From: Eledone cirrhosa
Lineage: Eukaryota
Reading direction: 5' to 3'
Length of the DNA: 64,000 nt
Assembly (NCBI GenBank): GCA_964016885.1
Contig: OZ024741.1
Span: forward strand, 12,028,001-12,092,000
In this document: positions 38,771 through 56,700 of the stretch, piece after piece
Numbering within the stretch: the first letter of the stretch is position 1
How the letters are laid out: every line of letters starts with the position of its first letter
Translations under genes and position numbers: made by a program
Notes under the pieces: generated by a model
What the model was told of the DNA's origin: nothing
Seen by the model: the letters and a program-made list of their open reading frames with translations, nothing else
Database searches by the model: none

Positions 38771-41700
38771 CAACATCACCATCAGAGACCAATACCATAC
38801 CAATACCACCACCACTAACAACACCATCAGACATCAATACCATACTAATACCACCACCACTAACACCAACAGCACCATTAGAGACCAATACCATACCAAT
38901 ACCATCACCACTAACACCACCATCGGACATCAATACCATACCAATACCACCACCACTAACACCACCATCAGACATCAATACCATACCAATACCACCACCA
39001 CTAACACCACCATCAGACACCAATACCATACCAATACCTCCACCACTAACAACACCAACAGACATTAATACCATACCAATCGCACCACCACTGAACCACC
39101 ATCAGAGACCTAAACCATACCAATACCACCACCACTAACACCACCATCAGACATCAATACAATACCAATACCACCACAACCACCAATACCACCATCAGAG
39201 ACCAATACCATCACCACTAACACCACCATCAGACATCAATGCCACCACCACTAACACAACTATCAGAGACCAATACCATACCAATACCACCACCACTAAC
39301 ACCACATTCAGACACCAATACCATAGCAATACCATCACCGCTAACACCACCATCAGGGACCAATACCATACCAATACCATCAACACTAACAACACCATCA
39401 GACATAAATACCATACCAATACCACAACCACTAACACCATCACCAGACACCAATACCATACCAACACCATCACCACTAACACCACCATCAGAGACCAATA
39501 CCATACCAATACTTCCACCACTAACACCACCATCAGACATCAATACCAAACCAATACCACCAGCACTAACACCACCACCAGACATCAATACCATACCTAT
39601 ACCATCACCACTAACATCATCATCAGACATAAATACCATACCAATACCACCACCACTAACACCACCATCAGAGACCAATACCATACCAATATCATCACCA
39701 CTAACACCACCATCAGACATCAATACCATACCAATACTATCACCACTAACACCACCATCAGACATCAATACCATACCAATACCACCACCACCACCATCAG
39801 AGACCAATACCATACCAATATCATCACCACTAACACCACCATCAGACATCGATACCATACCAATACCATCACGACTAACACCACCATCAGACATCAATAC
39901 CATACCAATATCATCACCACTAACACCACCATCAGACATCAATACCATACCAATACCATCACCACTAATATCACCATCAGACATCAATACCATACCAATA
40001 CCATCAACACTAACACCACCATCAGACATCAATACCATACCAATACCACCACCACTAACACCACCATCAGAGACCAATACCATACCAATACCACCACCAC
40101 TAACACCACCATCAGACATCAATACCGTACCAATATCACAAACACTAACACTACCATCAGAGACCAATACCATACCAATATCATCACTACTAACACCACC
40201 ATCAGACATCGATACCATACCAATACCATCACGACTAACACCACCATCAGACATCAATACCATACCAATACCACCACCACTAACACCACCATCAGACATC
40301 AATACCATACCAATACCACCACCACTAACACCACCATCAGAGATCGATACCATACCAATACCATCACCACTAACACCACCATCAGACATCAATACCATAC
40401 CAATCGCACCACCACTAAGCCACCATCAGACATCAATAGCGTACCAATACCACAAACACTAACACAACCATCAGAGACCAATACCATACCAATACCACCA
40501 CCACTAACACCACCATCAGACATCAATACCATACCTATACCACCACCACCAATACCACCATCAGAGACCAATACCATCACCCCTAACACCACCATCAGAC
40601 ATCAATACCATCACCACTAACACCACCATCAGAGACCAATACCATACCAATACCACCACCACTAACACCACCATCAGACACCAATACCATACCAATACCA
40701 TCACCACTAACAACACCATGAGACATAAATACCATACCAATACCACCACCACTAACACCATCATCAGACACCAATACCATAACAATACCATCACCACTAA
40801 CGCCACCATCAGAGACCAATACCATACCAATATTTCCACCACTAACACCACCATCAGACATTAATACCATACCAATATCATCACCACTAACACCACCATC
40901 AGACATCGATACCATACCAATACCATCACGACTAACACCACCATCAGACATCAATACCATACCAATACCATCACCACTAATATCACCATCAGACATCAAT
41001 ACCATACCAATACCATCACCACTAACACCACCATCAGACATCAATACCATACCAATACCACCACCGCTAAGACACCATCAGACATCAATAGCGTACCAAT
41101 ACCACAAACACTAACACTACCATCAGAGACCAATACCATACCAATACCACCACCACTAACACCACCATCAGACATCAATACCATACCGATACCGCCACCA
41201 CTAACACCACCATCAGAGACCAATACCATACCAATACCACCACCACTAACACCACCATCAGACATCAATACCGTACCAATACCACAAACACTAACACTAC
41301 CATCAGAGACCAATACCATACCAATATCATCACCACTAGCACCACCATCAGACATCAATACCATACCGATACCACCACCACAACATCAGCATCAGACATC
41401 AATACCATACCAATACCATCACATCAACATCAGACATCAATACCATACCAATACCACCACCACTAACACCACCATCAGACATCAATACCATACCAATACC
41501 ATCACCACTAACACAACCAGCAGACATTAATACCATACCAATACCACCACCACTAACACCACCATCAGACATCAATACCATACCGATACCAACACCACAA
41601 CATCAGCATCAGACATCAATACCATACCAATACCATCACATCAACATCAGCATCAGACATCAATACCATACCAATACCACCACCACTAACACCACCATCA

Positions 41701-44700
41701 GACATCAATACGCTACCAATACCGTCACCACTAACACCACCATCAGACACCAATACCAAACCAATATCATCACCACTAACACCACCATCAGACATCGATA
41801 CCATACCAATACCATCACCACTAACGCCACCACCAAACATCAATACCAAAGCAATACCACCACCACTTACACCACCACCAAACGTCAATACCATACCAAT
41901 ACCACCACCAATAACACCAACATCAGACATCAATACCATACCAATCCTACCACCACTAATACCACCATCAGACATCAATACCATACCAATACCATCCCCA
42001 CTAACACCACCATCAGACACCAATACCATACCAATACCATCACCACTAACGCCACCATCAGACATCAATACCATACCAATACCATTACCACTAACACCAC
42101 CATCAGACATCAATACCATACCAATACCATCACCACTAACACCACCATCAGACACCAATACCATACCAATACCATCACCACTAACACCACCATCAGACAT
42201 CAGTACCATAACAATACCATCACCACTAACACCATCATCAGACTTCAATACCATACCAATACCATCACCACTAACACCACCATCAGAGACCAAAACCATG
42301 CCAATACCACCACCACTAACACCATCATCAGAGCTCAATACCATACCATTACCATCACCACTAACACCACCATCAGACATCAATACCAAAACAATACCAC
42401 CAACACTAACACCACCACCAGACATAAATACCATACCAATACCACCACCACTAACACCACCATCAGAGACCAATACCATACCAATACCACCACCACTAAC
42501 ACTATCATCAGACATCAATACCATACCAATACCACCACCACTAACACCACCATCAGAAATCAATACCATACCAATACCACCACCACTAACACCACCACCA
42601 GACATAAATACCATACCAATACCACCATCACTAGCACTACCATCACAGACCAATTCCATACTAATTCCACCACCACTAACACCTCCATCAGACATCAATA
42701 CTATACCAATACCACCACCACCAATACCACCATCAGAGAACAATACCACCACCACTAACACCACCATCAGACATCAATACCATACCAATACCACCACCAC
42801 TAACACCACCATCAGAGACCAATACCATACCAATACCATCACAACTAACACCACCATCAGACATCAATACCACACCAATACCTCCACCACTATCACCACA
42901 ATCAGACACCAATACCATACCTATACCATCACCACTAACACCAGCATCAGATATCAATACTATACCAATACCACCACCACCAATACCACCATCAGAGACC
43001 AATACCATCACCACTAACACCACCATCAGACATCAATACCATCACCACTAACACCACCATCAGAGACCAATACCATACCAATACCACCAGCACTAACACC
43101 ACCATCAGTCACCAATACCATACCAATACCATCACCACTAACACCAGCATCAGACATCTATACCGTACCAATACCACCACCACTAACACTACCATCAGAC
43201 ACCAATACCATACCAATACCATCACCACTAACACCACAATTCAGACATCAATACCATATCAATACCATCACCACTAACACCACCATCAGACATTAATATC
43301 ATACCAATACCACCACCACTAACACCACCATCAGAGATCAATACCATACCAATACCTCCACCATCAGACATCAATACCCTTACCACTACCACCACCACTA
43401 ACACCATCATCAGAGATCAATACCATACCAATACCATCACCACTAACACCACCATCAGACACCAATAACATACCAATACCATCACCACTAACACCACCAT
43501 CAGACATCAATACCATACCAATACCACCACCACTAACACCACCATCAGACATCAATACCATACCAATACCACCACCACTAACACCACCATCAGAGATCGA
43601 TACCATACCAATACCATCACCACTAACACCACCATCAGACATCAATACCATACCAATCGCACCACCACTAAGCCACCATCAGATATCAATAGCGTACCAA
43701 TACCACAAACACTAACACTACCATCAGAGACCAATACCATACCAATACCACCACCACTAACACCACCATCAGACATCAATACCATACCTATACCACCACC
43801 ACCAATACCACCATCAGAGACCAATACCATCACCCCTAACACCACCATCAGACATCAATACCATCACCACTAACACCACCATCAGAGACCAATACCATAC
43901 CAATACCACCACCACTAACACCACCATCAGACACCAATACCATACCAATACCATCACCACTAACAACACCATGAGACATAAATACCATACCAATACCACC
44001 ACCACTAACACCATCATCAGACACGAATACCATAACAATACCATCACCACTAACGCCACCATCAGAGACCAATACCATACCAATATTTCCACCACTAACA
44101 CCACCATCAGACATTAATACCATAACAATATCATCACCACTAACACCACCATCAGACATCGATACCATACCAATACCATCACGACTAACACCACCATCAG
44201 ACATCAATACCATACCAATACCATCACCACTAATATCACCATCAGACATCAATACCATACCAATACCATCACCACTAACACCACCATCAGACATCAATAC
44301 CATACCAATACCACCACCGCTAAGACACCATCAGACATCAATAGCGTACCAATACCACAAACACTAACACTACCATCAGAGACCAATACCATACCAATAC
44401 CACCACCACTAACACCACCATCAGACATCAATACCATACCGATACCGCCACCACTAACACCACCATCAGAGACCAATACCATACCAATACCACCACCACT
44501 AACACCACCATCAGACATCAATACCGTACCAATACCACAAACACTAACACTACCATCAGAGACCAATACCATACCAATATCATCACCACTAGCACCACCA
44601 TCAGACATCAATACCATACCGATACCACCACCACAACATCAGCATCAGACATCAATACCATACCAATAACATCACATCAACATCAGCATCAGACATCAAT

Positions 44701-47700
44701 ACCATACCAATACCACCACCACTAACACCACCATCAGACATCAATACCATACCAATACCACCACCACTAACACCACCATCAGAGACCAATACCATACCAA
44801 TACCACCACCACTAACACCACCATCAGACATCAATACCGTACCAATACCACAAACACTAACACTACCATCAGAGACCAATACCATACCAATATCATCACC
44901 ACTAGCACCACCATCAGACATCAATACCATACCGATACCACCACCACAACATCAGCATCAGACATCAATACCATACCAATACCATCACATCAACATCAGA
45001 CATCAATACCATACCAATACCACCACCACTAACACCACCATCAGACATCAATACCATACCAATACCATCACCACTAACACAACCAGCAGACATTAATACC
45101 ATACCAATACCACCACCACTAACACCACCATCAGACATCAATACCATACCGATACCAACACCACAACATCAGCATCAGACATCAATATCATACCAATACC
45201 ATCACATCAACATCAGCATCAGACATCAATACCATACCAATACCACCACCACTAACACCACCATCAGACATCAATACGCTACCAATACCGTCACCACTAA
45301 CACCACCATCAGACACCAATACCAAACCAATATCATCACCACTAACACCACCATCAGACATCGATACCATACCAATACCATCACCACTAACGCCACCACC
45401 AAACATCAATACCAAAGTAATACCACCACCACTTACACCACCACCAAACATCAATACCATACCAATACCACCACCAATAACACCAACATCAGACATCAAT
45501 ACCATACCAATCCTACCACCACTAATACCACCATCAGACATCAATACCATACCAATACCATCACCACTAACACCACCATCAGACACCAATACCATACCAA
45601 TACCATCACCACTAACGCCACCATCAGACATCAATACCATACCAATACCATTACCACTAACACCACCATCAGACATCAATACCATACCAATACCATCACC
45701 ACTAACACCACCATCAGACACCAATACCATACCAATACCATCACCAATAACACCACCATCAGACATCAATACCATAACAATACCATCACCACTAACACCA
45801 TCATCAGACTTCAATACCATACCAATACCATCACCACTAACACCACCATCAGAGACCAAAACCATGCCAATACCACCACCACTAACACCATCATCAGAGC
45901 TCAATACCATACCAATACCATCACCACTAACACCACCATCAGAGACCAATACCATACCAATACCATCACCACTAACACCACCATCAGACATCAATACCAA
46001 AACAATACCACCAACACTAACACCACCACCAGACATAAATACCATACCAATACCACCACCACTAACACCACCATCAGAGACCAATACCATACCAATACCA
46101 CCACCACTAACACTATCATCAGACATCAATACCATACCAATACCACCACCACTAACACCACCATCAGAAATCAATACCATACCAATACCACCACCACTAA
46201 CACCACCACCAGACATAAATACCATACCAATACCACCATCACTAGCACTACCATCACAGACCAATTCCATACTAATTCCACCACCACTAACACCTCCATC
46301 AGACATCAATACTATACCAATACCACCACCACCAATACCACCATCAGAGAACAATACCACCACCACTAACACCACCATCAGACATCAATACCATACCAAT
46401 ACCACCACCACTAACACCACCATCAGGGACCAATACCATACCAATACCATCACAACTAACACCACCATCAGACATCAATACCACACCAATACCTCCACCA
46501 CTATCACCACAATCAGACACCAATACCATACCTATACCATCACCACTAACACCACCATCAGATATCAATACTATACCAATACCACCACCACCAATACCAC
46601 CATCAGAGACCAATACCATCACCACTAACACCACCATCAGACATCAATACCATCACCACTAACACCACCATCAGAGACCAATACCATACCAATACCACCA
46701 GCACTAACACCACCATCAGACACCAATACCATACCAATACCATCACCACTAACACCAGCATCAGACATCTATACCGTACCAATACCACCACCACTAACAC
46801 TACCATCAGACACCAATACCATACCAATACCATCACCACTAACACCACAATTCAGACATCAATACCATATCAATACCATCACCACTAACACCACCATCAG
46901 ACATTAATATCATACCAATACCACCACCACTAACACCACCATCAGAGATCAATACCATACCAATACCTCCACCATCAGACATCAATACCCTTACCACTAC
47001 CACCACCACTAACACCATCATCAGAGATCAATACCATACCAATACCATCACCACTAACACCACCATCAGACACCAATAACATACCAATACCATCACCACT
47101 AACACCACCATCAGACATCAATACCATACCAATACCATCACCACTAACAACACCACTAACACCTCCATCAGACATCATTACTATACCAATACCACCACCA
47201 CCAATACCACAATCAGAGACCAATACCAGCACCGCTAACACCACCATCAGACATCAATACCATACCAATACCGTCACAACTAACACAACCATCAGACATC
47301 AATACCATACCAATACCACCACCACTAACACCATCATCAGACATCAATACCATACCAATACCACCATCACAAACACCATCATCAGACATCAATACCATAC
47401 CAATACCATCACCACTAACACCTCCATCAGACACCAATACCATACCAATACCACCACCACTAACACAAACATCAGACATCAATACCATACCAATACCATC
47501 ACCACTAAAGCCACCATCAGAGACCAATACCATACCAATACCACCACCACTAACACCATCATCAGACATCAAAACCATACCAATACCACCACCACTAACA
47601 CCATCATCAGACATCAATACCATACCAATACCATCACCACTAACACCTCCATCAGACACCAATACCATACCAATACCACCACCACTAACACCATCATCAG

Positions 47701-50700
47701 AACTCAATACCATACCAATACCATCACCACTAACACCACCATCAGAGACCAATACCATACCAATACCATCACCACTAACACCACCATCAGACATCAATAC
47801 CAAAACAATACCACCACCACTAACACCACCATCAGACATAAATACCATACCAATACCATCACCACTAACACCACCATCAGACATCAATACCATACCAATA
47901 CCATCACCACTAACACCACCACCAGACATCAATACCATACCAATACTTCCACCATCAGACATCAATACCCTTACCAATACCACCACCACTAACTCCATCA
48001 TCAGAGATCAATACCATACCAATACCATCACCACTAACTCACCATCAGACACCAATACCATACCAATACCATCACCACTAACACCACCATCAGACATCAA
48101 TAACATACCAATACCACCACCACTAACACCATCATCAGACATCAATACCATACCAATACCATCACCACTAACTCCACCATCAGACATCAATACCATACCA
48201 ATACCACCACCACTAACACCACCATCAGACACCAATACCATACCAATACCATCACCACTAACACAACTATCAGACACCAATACCAAACCAATATCATCAC
48301 CACTAACACCACCATCAGACATCAATACCATACCAATACCATCACCACTAACTCCACCATCAGACATCGATACCATACCAATAACATCACAACTAACACC
48401 ACAATCAGACACCAATACCATACCTATACCATCACCACTAACACGACCATCAGATATCAATACTATACCAATACCACCTCCACCAGTACCACCATCAGAG
48501 ACCAATACCATCACCACTAACTCCACCATCAGACATCAATACCATACCAATACGACCACCACTAACAGCATCATCAGACATCAATACCATACCAATACCA
48601 CCATCACTAACTCCACCATCAGACACCAATACCATACCAATACCATCACCAGTAACACCACCATCAGACATCAATACCATACCAATACCATCACCACTAA
48701 CTCACCATCAGACATCAATAACATACCAATACCACCACCACTAACACCATCATCAGACATCAATACCATACCAATACCATCACCACTAACTCCACCATCA
48801 GACATCAATACCATACCAATACCATCACCACTAACACCACCATCAGACATCAATAACATACCAATACCACCACCACTAACACCATCATCAGACATCAATA
48901 CCATACCAATACCATCACCACTAACTCCACCATCAGACATCAATACCATACCAATACCACCACCACTAACACCACCATCAGACACCAATACCATACCAAT
49001 ACCATCACCACTAACACCACTATCAGACAACAATACCAAACCAATATCATCACCACTAACACCACCATCAGACATCAATACCATACCAATACCATCACCA
49101 CTAACTCCACCATCAGACATCAATACCATCACCACTAACACCACCATCAGAGACCAATACCATACCAATACCACCACCACTAACACCACCATCAGACATC
49201 GATACCATATCAATATCATCACCACTAACACCACCATCAGACATTAATATCATACCAATACCACCACGACTAACACCACCATCAGAGATCAATACCATAC
49301 CAATACCTCCACCATCAGACATCAATACGCTTACCACTACCACCACCACTAACACCATCATCAGAGATCAATACCATACCAATACCATCACCACTAACAC
49401 CACCATCAGACACCAATAACATACCAATACCATCACCACAAACACCATCATCAGACATCAATACCATACCATTACCATCACCACTAACTCCACCATCAGA
49501 CACCAATACCATACCAATACCACCACCACTAACACCACCATCAGACATCAATACCATACCAATACCACCACCACTAACACCACCATCAGACACCAATACC
49601 ATACCAATACCATCACCACTAACACCACCATCAGACACCAATACCAAACCAATATCATCACCACTAACACCACCATCAGACATCAATACCATACCAATAC
49701 CATCACCACTAACTCCACCATCAGACATCAATACCATACCAATACGACCACCACTAACACCATCATGAGACATCAATACCATACCAATACCACCATCACT
49801 AACACCACTATCAGACACCAATACCATACCAATACCATCACCAGTAACACCACCATCAGACATCAATACCATACCAATACCATCACCACTAACACCATCA
49901 TCAGACATCAATACCATACCAATACCATCACCACTAACACCACAACCAGAAATCAATACCATACCAATACCATCACCACTAACACCACTCTCAGACATCA
50001 ATACCATACCAATACCACCACCACTAACACCTCCATCAGACACCAATACCATACCAATACCACCACCACTAACACCACCATCAGACATCAATACCATACC
50101 AAAACCATCACCACTAACACCACCATCAGAGACCAAAACCATGCCAATACCACCACCACTAACACCATCATCAGAACTCAATACCATACCAATACCATCA
50201 CCACTAACACCACCATCAGAGACCAATACCATACCAATACCATCACCACTAACACCACCATCAGACATCAATACCACCACCACTAACACCACCACCAGAC
50301 ATAAATACCATACCAATACCATCACCACTAACACCACCATCAGACACCAATACCATACCAATACCATCAACACTAACACCACCACCAGACATCAATACCA
50401 TACCAATACTTCCACCATCAGACATCAATACCCTTACCAATACCACCACCACTAACTCCATCATCAGAGATCTATACCATACCAATACCATCACCACTAA
50501 CACCATCATCAGACATCAATACCCTACCAATACCATCACCACTAACTCCACCATCAGACACCAATACCATACCAATACCATCACCACTAACACCACCATC
50601 AGACATCAATAACATACCAATACCAGCACCACTAACACCATCATCAGACATCAATACCTTACCAATACCATCACCACTAACTCCACCATCAGACATCAAT

Positions 50701-53700
50701 ACCATACCAATACCACCACCACTAACACCACCATCAGACACCAATACCATACCAATACCATCACCACTAACACCACTATCAGACACCAATACCAAAACAA
50801 TATCATCACCACTAACACCACCATCAGACATCAATACCATACCAATACCATCACCACTAACTACACCATCAGACATCAATACCATACCAATACCATCACA
50901 ACTAACACCACCATCAGACATCAATACCATACCAATACCTCCACCACTATCACCACAATCAGACACCAATGCCATACCTATACCATCACCACTAACACCA
51001 CCATCAGACATCAATAATATTCACCACTAACACCACCATCAAAGACCAATACCATACCAATACCACCACCACTAACACCACCATCAGACACCAATACCAT
51101 ACCAATACCATCACCACTAACACCACAATTCAGACATCAATACCATATCAATACCATCACCACTAACACCACCATCAGACATTAATATCATACCAATACC
51201 ACCACCACTAACACCACCATCAGAGATCAATACCATACCAATACCTCCACCATCAGACATCAATACCCTTACCACTACCACCACCACTAACACCATCATC
51301 AGAGATCAATACCATACCAATACCATCACCACTAACACCACCATCAGACACCAATAACATACCAATACCATCCCCACTAACACCACCATCAGACATCAAT
51401 AACATACCAATACCACCACCACTAACACCATCATCAGACATCAATACCATACCAATACCATCACCACTAACTCCACCATCAGACACCTATACCACACCAA
51501 TACCACCACCACTAACACCACCATCAGACATCAATGCCATACCAATACCACCACCACTAACACCACCATCAGACACCAATACCATACCAATACCATCACC
51601 ACTAACACCACCATCAGACACCAATACCAAACCAATATCATCACCACTAACACCACCATCAGACATCAATACCATACCAATACCATCACCACTAACTCCA
51701 CCATCAGACATCAATACCATACCAATACCACCACCACTAACACCATCATCAGACATCAATACCATACCAATACCACCATCACTAACACCACCATCAGACA
51801 CCAATACCATACCAATACTTCCACCATCAGACACCAATACCATACCAATACCATCACCACTAACACCACCATCAGACATCAATACCATACCAATACCATC
51901 ACCACTAACACCACCACCAGAAATCAATACCATACCAATACCATCACCACTAACACCACTCTCAGACATCAATACCATACCAATACCACCACCACTAACA
52001 CCACCATCAGACATCAATACTATACACATACCATCACCACTAACAACACCATCAGACATCAATACCATACCAATACCATCACCACTAAAGCCACCATCAG
52101 AGACCAATACCATACCAATACCACCACCACTAACACCATCATCAGACATCAAAACCATACCAACACCACCACCACTAACACCATCATCAGACATCAATAC
52201 CATACCAATACCATCACCACTAACACCTCCATCAGACACCAATACCATACCAATACCACCACCACTAACACCACCATCAGACATCAATACCATACCAATA
52301 CCATCACCACTAACACCTCCATCAGACACCAATACCATACCAATACCACCACCACTAACACCACCATCAGACATCAATACCATACCAATACCATCACCAC
52401 TAACACCTCCATCAGACACCAATACCATACCAACACCACCACCACTAACACCATCATCAGACATCAATACCATACCAATACCATCACCACTAACACCTCC
52501 ATCAGACACCAATACCATACCAATACCACCACCACTAACACCACCATCAGACATCAATACCATACCAATACCATCACCACTAACACCTCCATCAGACACC
52601 AATACCATACCAATACCACCACCACTAACACCACCATCAGACATCAATACCATACCAATACCATCACCACTAACACCTCCATCAGACACCAATACCATAC
52701 CAATACCACCACCACTAACACCATCATCAGACATCAATACCATACCAATACCATCACCACTAACACCACTCTCAGACATCAATACCATACCAATACCACC
52801 ACCACTAACACCACCATCAGACATCAATACCATACCAATACCATCACCACTAACACCTCCATCAGACACCAATACCATACCAATACCACCACCACTAACA
52901 CCATCATCAGAGATCAATACCATACCAATACCATCACCACTAACACCTCCATCAGACACCAATACCATACCAATACCATCACCACTAACACCACCATCAG
53001 ACATTAATATCATACCAATACCACCACCACTAACACCACCATCAGAGATCAATACCTTACCAATACTTCCACCATCAGACACCAATACCATACCAATACC
53101 ATCACCACTAACACCACCATCAGACATCAATAACATACCAATACCACCACCACTAACACCATCATCAGACATCAATACCATACCAATACCATCACCACTA
53201 ACTCCACCATCAGACATCAATACCATACCAATACCGCCACCACTAACACCACCATCAGACATCAATACCATACCAATACCATCACCACTAACTACACCAT
53301 CAGACATCAATACCATACCAATACCACCACCACTAACACCATCATCAGACATCAATACCATACCAATACCATCACCACTAACTCCACCATCAGACATCAA
53401 TACCATACCAATACCATCACCACTAACTACACCATCAGACATCAATACCATACCAATACCACCACCACTAACACCATCATCAGACATCAATACCATACCA
53501 ATACCATCACCACTAACACTACCATCAGACATCAATACCATACCAATACCATCACCGCTAACGCCACCATCAGAGACCAATACCATACCAATACCACCAC
53601 CACTAATACCATCATCAGACATCAATACCATACCAATACCACCACCACTAACACCACCATCAGACATGAATACCATACCAATACCATCCACACTAACACC

Positions 53701-56700
53701 ACCATCAGAGACCAATACCATTCCAATACCACCACCACCACTAAGACCATCATCAGACATCAATACCATACCAATACCATCACCACTAACTCCACCATCA
53801 GACATCAATACCATACCAATACCATCACCACTAACTACACCATCAGACATCAATACCATACCAATACCACCACCACTAACACCATCATCAGACATCAATA
53901 CCATACCAATACCATCACCACTAACACCACCATCAGACATCAATACCATACCAATACCACCACCACTAACACCACCATCAGAGACCAATACCATACCAAT
54001 ACCACCACCACTAACACCACCATCAGAGACCAATACCATACCAATACCACCACCACTAACACCACCATCAGACATCAATACCATACCAATACCATCACCA
54101 CTAACACCATCATCAGACATCAATACCATACCAATACCATCACCACTAACACCTCCATCACACACCAATACCATACCAATACCATCACCACTAACACCTC
54201 CATCACACACCAATACCATACAAATACCACCACCACTAACACCACCATCAGAGACCAATACCATACCAATACCACCACCACTAACACCACCATCAGAGAC
54301 CAATACCATACCAATACCACCACCACTAACACTGTCATCAGACATCAATACTATACCAATACCATCACCACTAACACCACCATCAGAGACCAATACCATA
54401 CCAATACCACCACCACTAACACTGTCATCAGACATCAATACCATACCTATACCACCACCACTAACACCACCATCGGACACCAATACCATACCAATACCAT
54501 CACCACTAACACCACCATCAGACATCAATACCATACCAATACCACCACCACTAACACCATCATCAGACATCAATAACATACCAATACCACCACCACTAAC
54601 ACCATCATCAGACAGCAATACCATACCAATACCACCACCACTAACACCATCATCAGACATCAATACCATACCAATACCACCACCACTAACACCACCATCA
54701 GACACCAATACCATACCAATACCATCACCACTAACACCACCATCAGACATCAATACCATACCAATACCACCACCACTAATACCACCATCGGACACCAATA
54801 CAATACCAATACCATCACCACTAACACCACCATCAGACACCAATATCAAACCGATATCATCACCACTAACACCACCATCAGACATCAATACCATACCAAT
54901 AACATCACCACTAACACCACCATCAGACATCAGATCCATACCAATACCACCACCACTAACACCATCATCAGACATCAATACCATACCAATACCATCACCA
55001 CTAACTCCACCATCAGACATCAATACCATACCAATACCATCACAACTTACACCACCATCAGACATCAATACCATACCAATACCTCCACCACTATCACCAC
55101 AATCAGACACCAATACCATACCTATACCATCACCACTAACACCACCATCAGATATCAATACTATACCAATACCACCACCACCAATACCACCATCAGAGAC
55201 CAATACCATCACCACTAACACCACGATCAGACACCAGTGCCATACCAATACCACCACCACTAACACCACCATCAGATATCAATACCATACCAATATCATC
55301 ACCACTAACGCCACCATCAGAGACCAATACCATACCAATACCACCACCGCTAACACCATCATCAGACATCAATACCATACCAATACCACCACCACTAACA
55401 CCACCATCAGACATCAATACCATACCAATACCATCACCACTAACACCACCTTCAGAGACCAATACCAAACCAATACCACCACCAATAACACCATCATCAG
55501 ACATCAACACCATACCAATACAATCACCACTAACAACAGCTTCAGACACCAATACCATACCAATACCATCACCACTAACACCACCATCAGAAATCAATAC
55601 CATACCAATACCACCACCACTATCACCACCATCAGACATCAATACCATACCAATACCATCACCACTAACACCACCATCAGAGACCAAAACCATGCCAATA
55701 CCACCACCACTAACACCATCATCAGAGCTCAATACCATACCAATACAATCACCACTAACAACATCTTCAGACACCAATACCATACCAATACCACCACCAC
55801 TAACACCAATATCAGAGACCAATACCATACCAATACCAACACCACTTACACCACCATCAGAAATCAATACTATACCAATACCACCACCACCAATTCCACC
55901 ATCTCAGAACAATACCACCACCACTAACACCATCATCAGACATCAATACCATACCAATACCACCATCACTAACACTACCATCAGAGACCAATTCCATACC
56001 AATTCCACCACCACTAACACCACCATCAGACATCAATACCATACCAATACCATCACCACTAACACCACCATCAGAGACGAATACCATACCAATACCACCA
56101 CCACTAACACTATCATCAGACATCAATACCATACCAATACCACCACCACTATCACCACCATCAGACATCAATACCATACCAATACCATCACCACTAACAC
56201 CACCATCAGAGACCAAAACCATGCCAATACCACCACCACTAACACCATCATCAGAGCTCAATACCATACCAATACCATCACCACTAACACCACCATCAGA
56301 GACCAAAACCATACCAATACCATCACCACTAACACCAACATCAGACATCAATACCAAAACAATACCACCACCACTAACACCACCACCAGACATAAATACC
56401 ATACCAATGCCACCACCACTAACACCACCATCAGAGACCAATACCATACCAATACCAGCACCACTAACACTATCATCAGACATCAATACCATACCAATAC
56501 CATCACCACTAACACCACCATCAGACATCAATACCACAACAATACCACCACCACTAACACCACCACCAGACATAAATACCATACCAATACCATCACCACT
56601 AACACCACCATCAGACATCAATACCATACCAATACCATCACCACTAACACCACCACCAGACATCAATACCATACCAATACTTCCACCATCAGACATCAAT

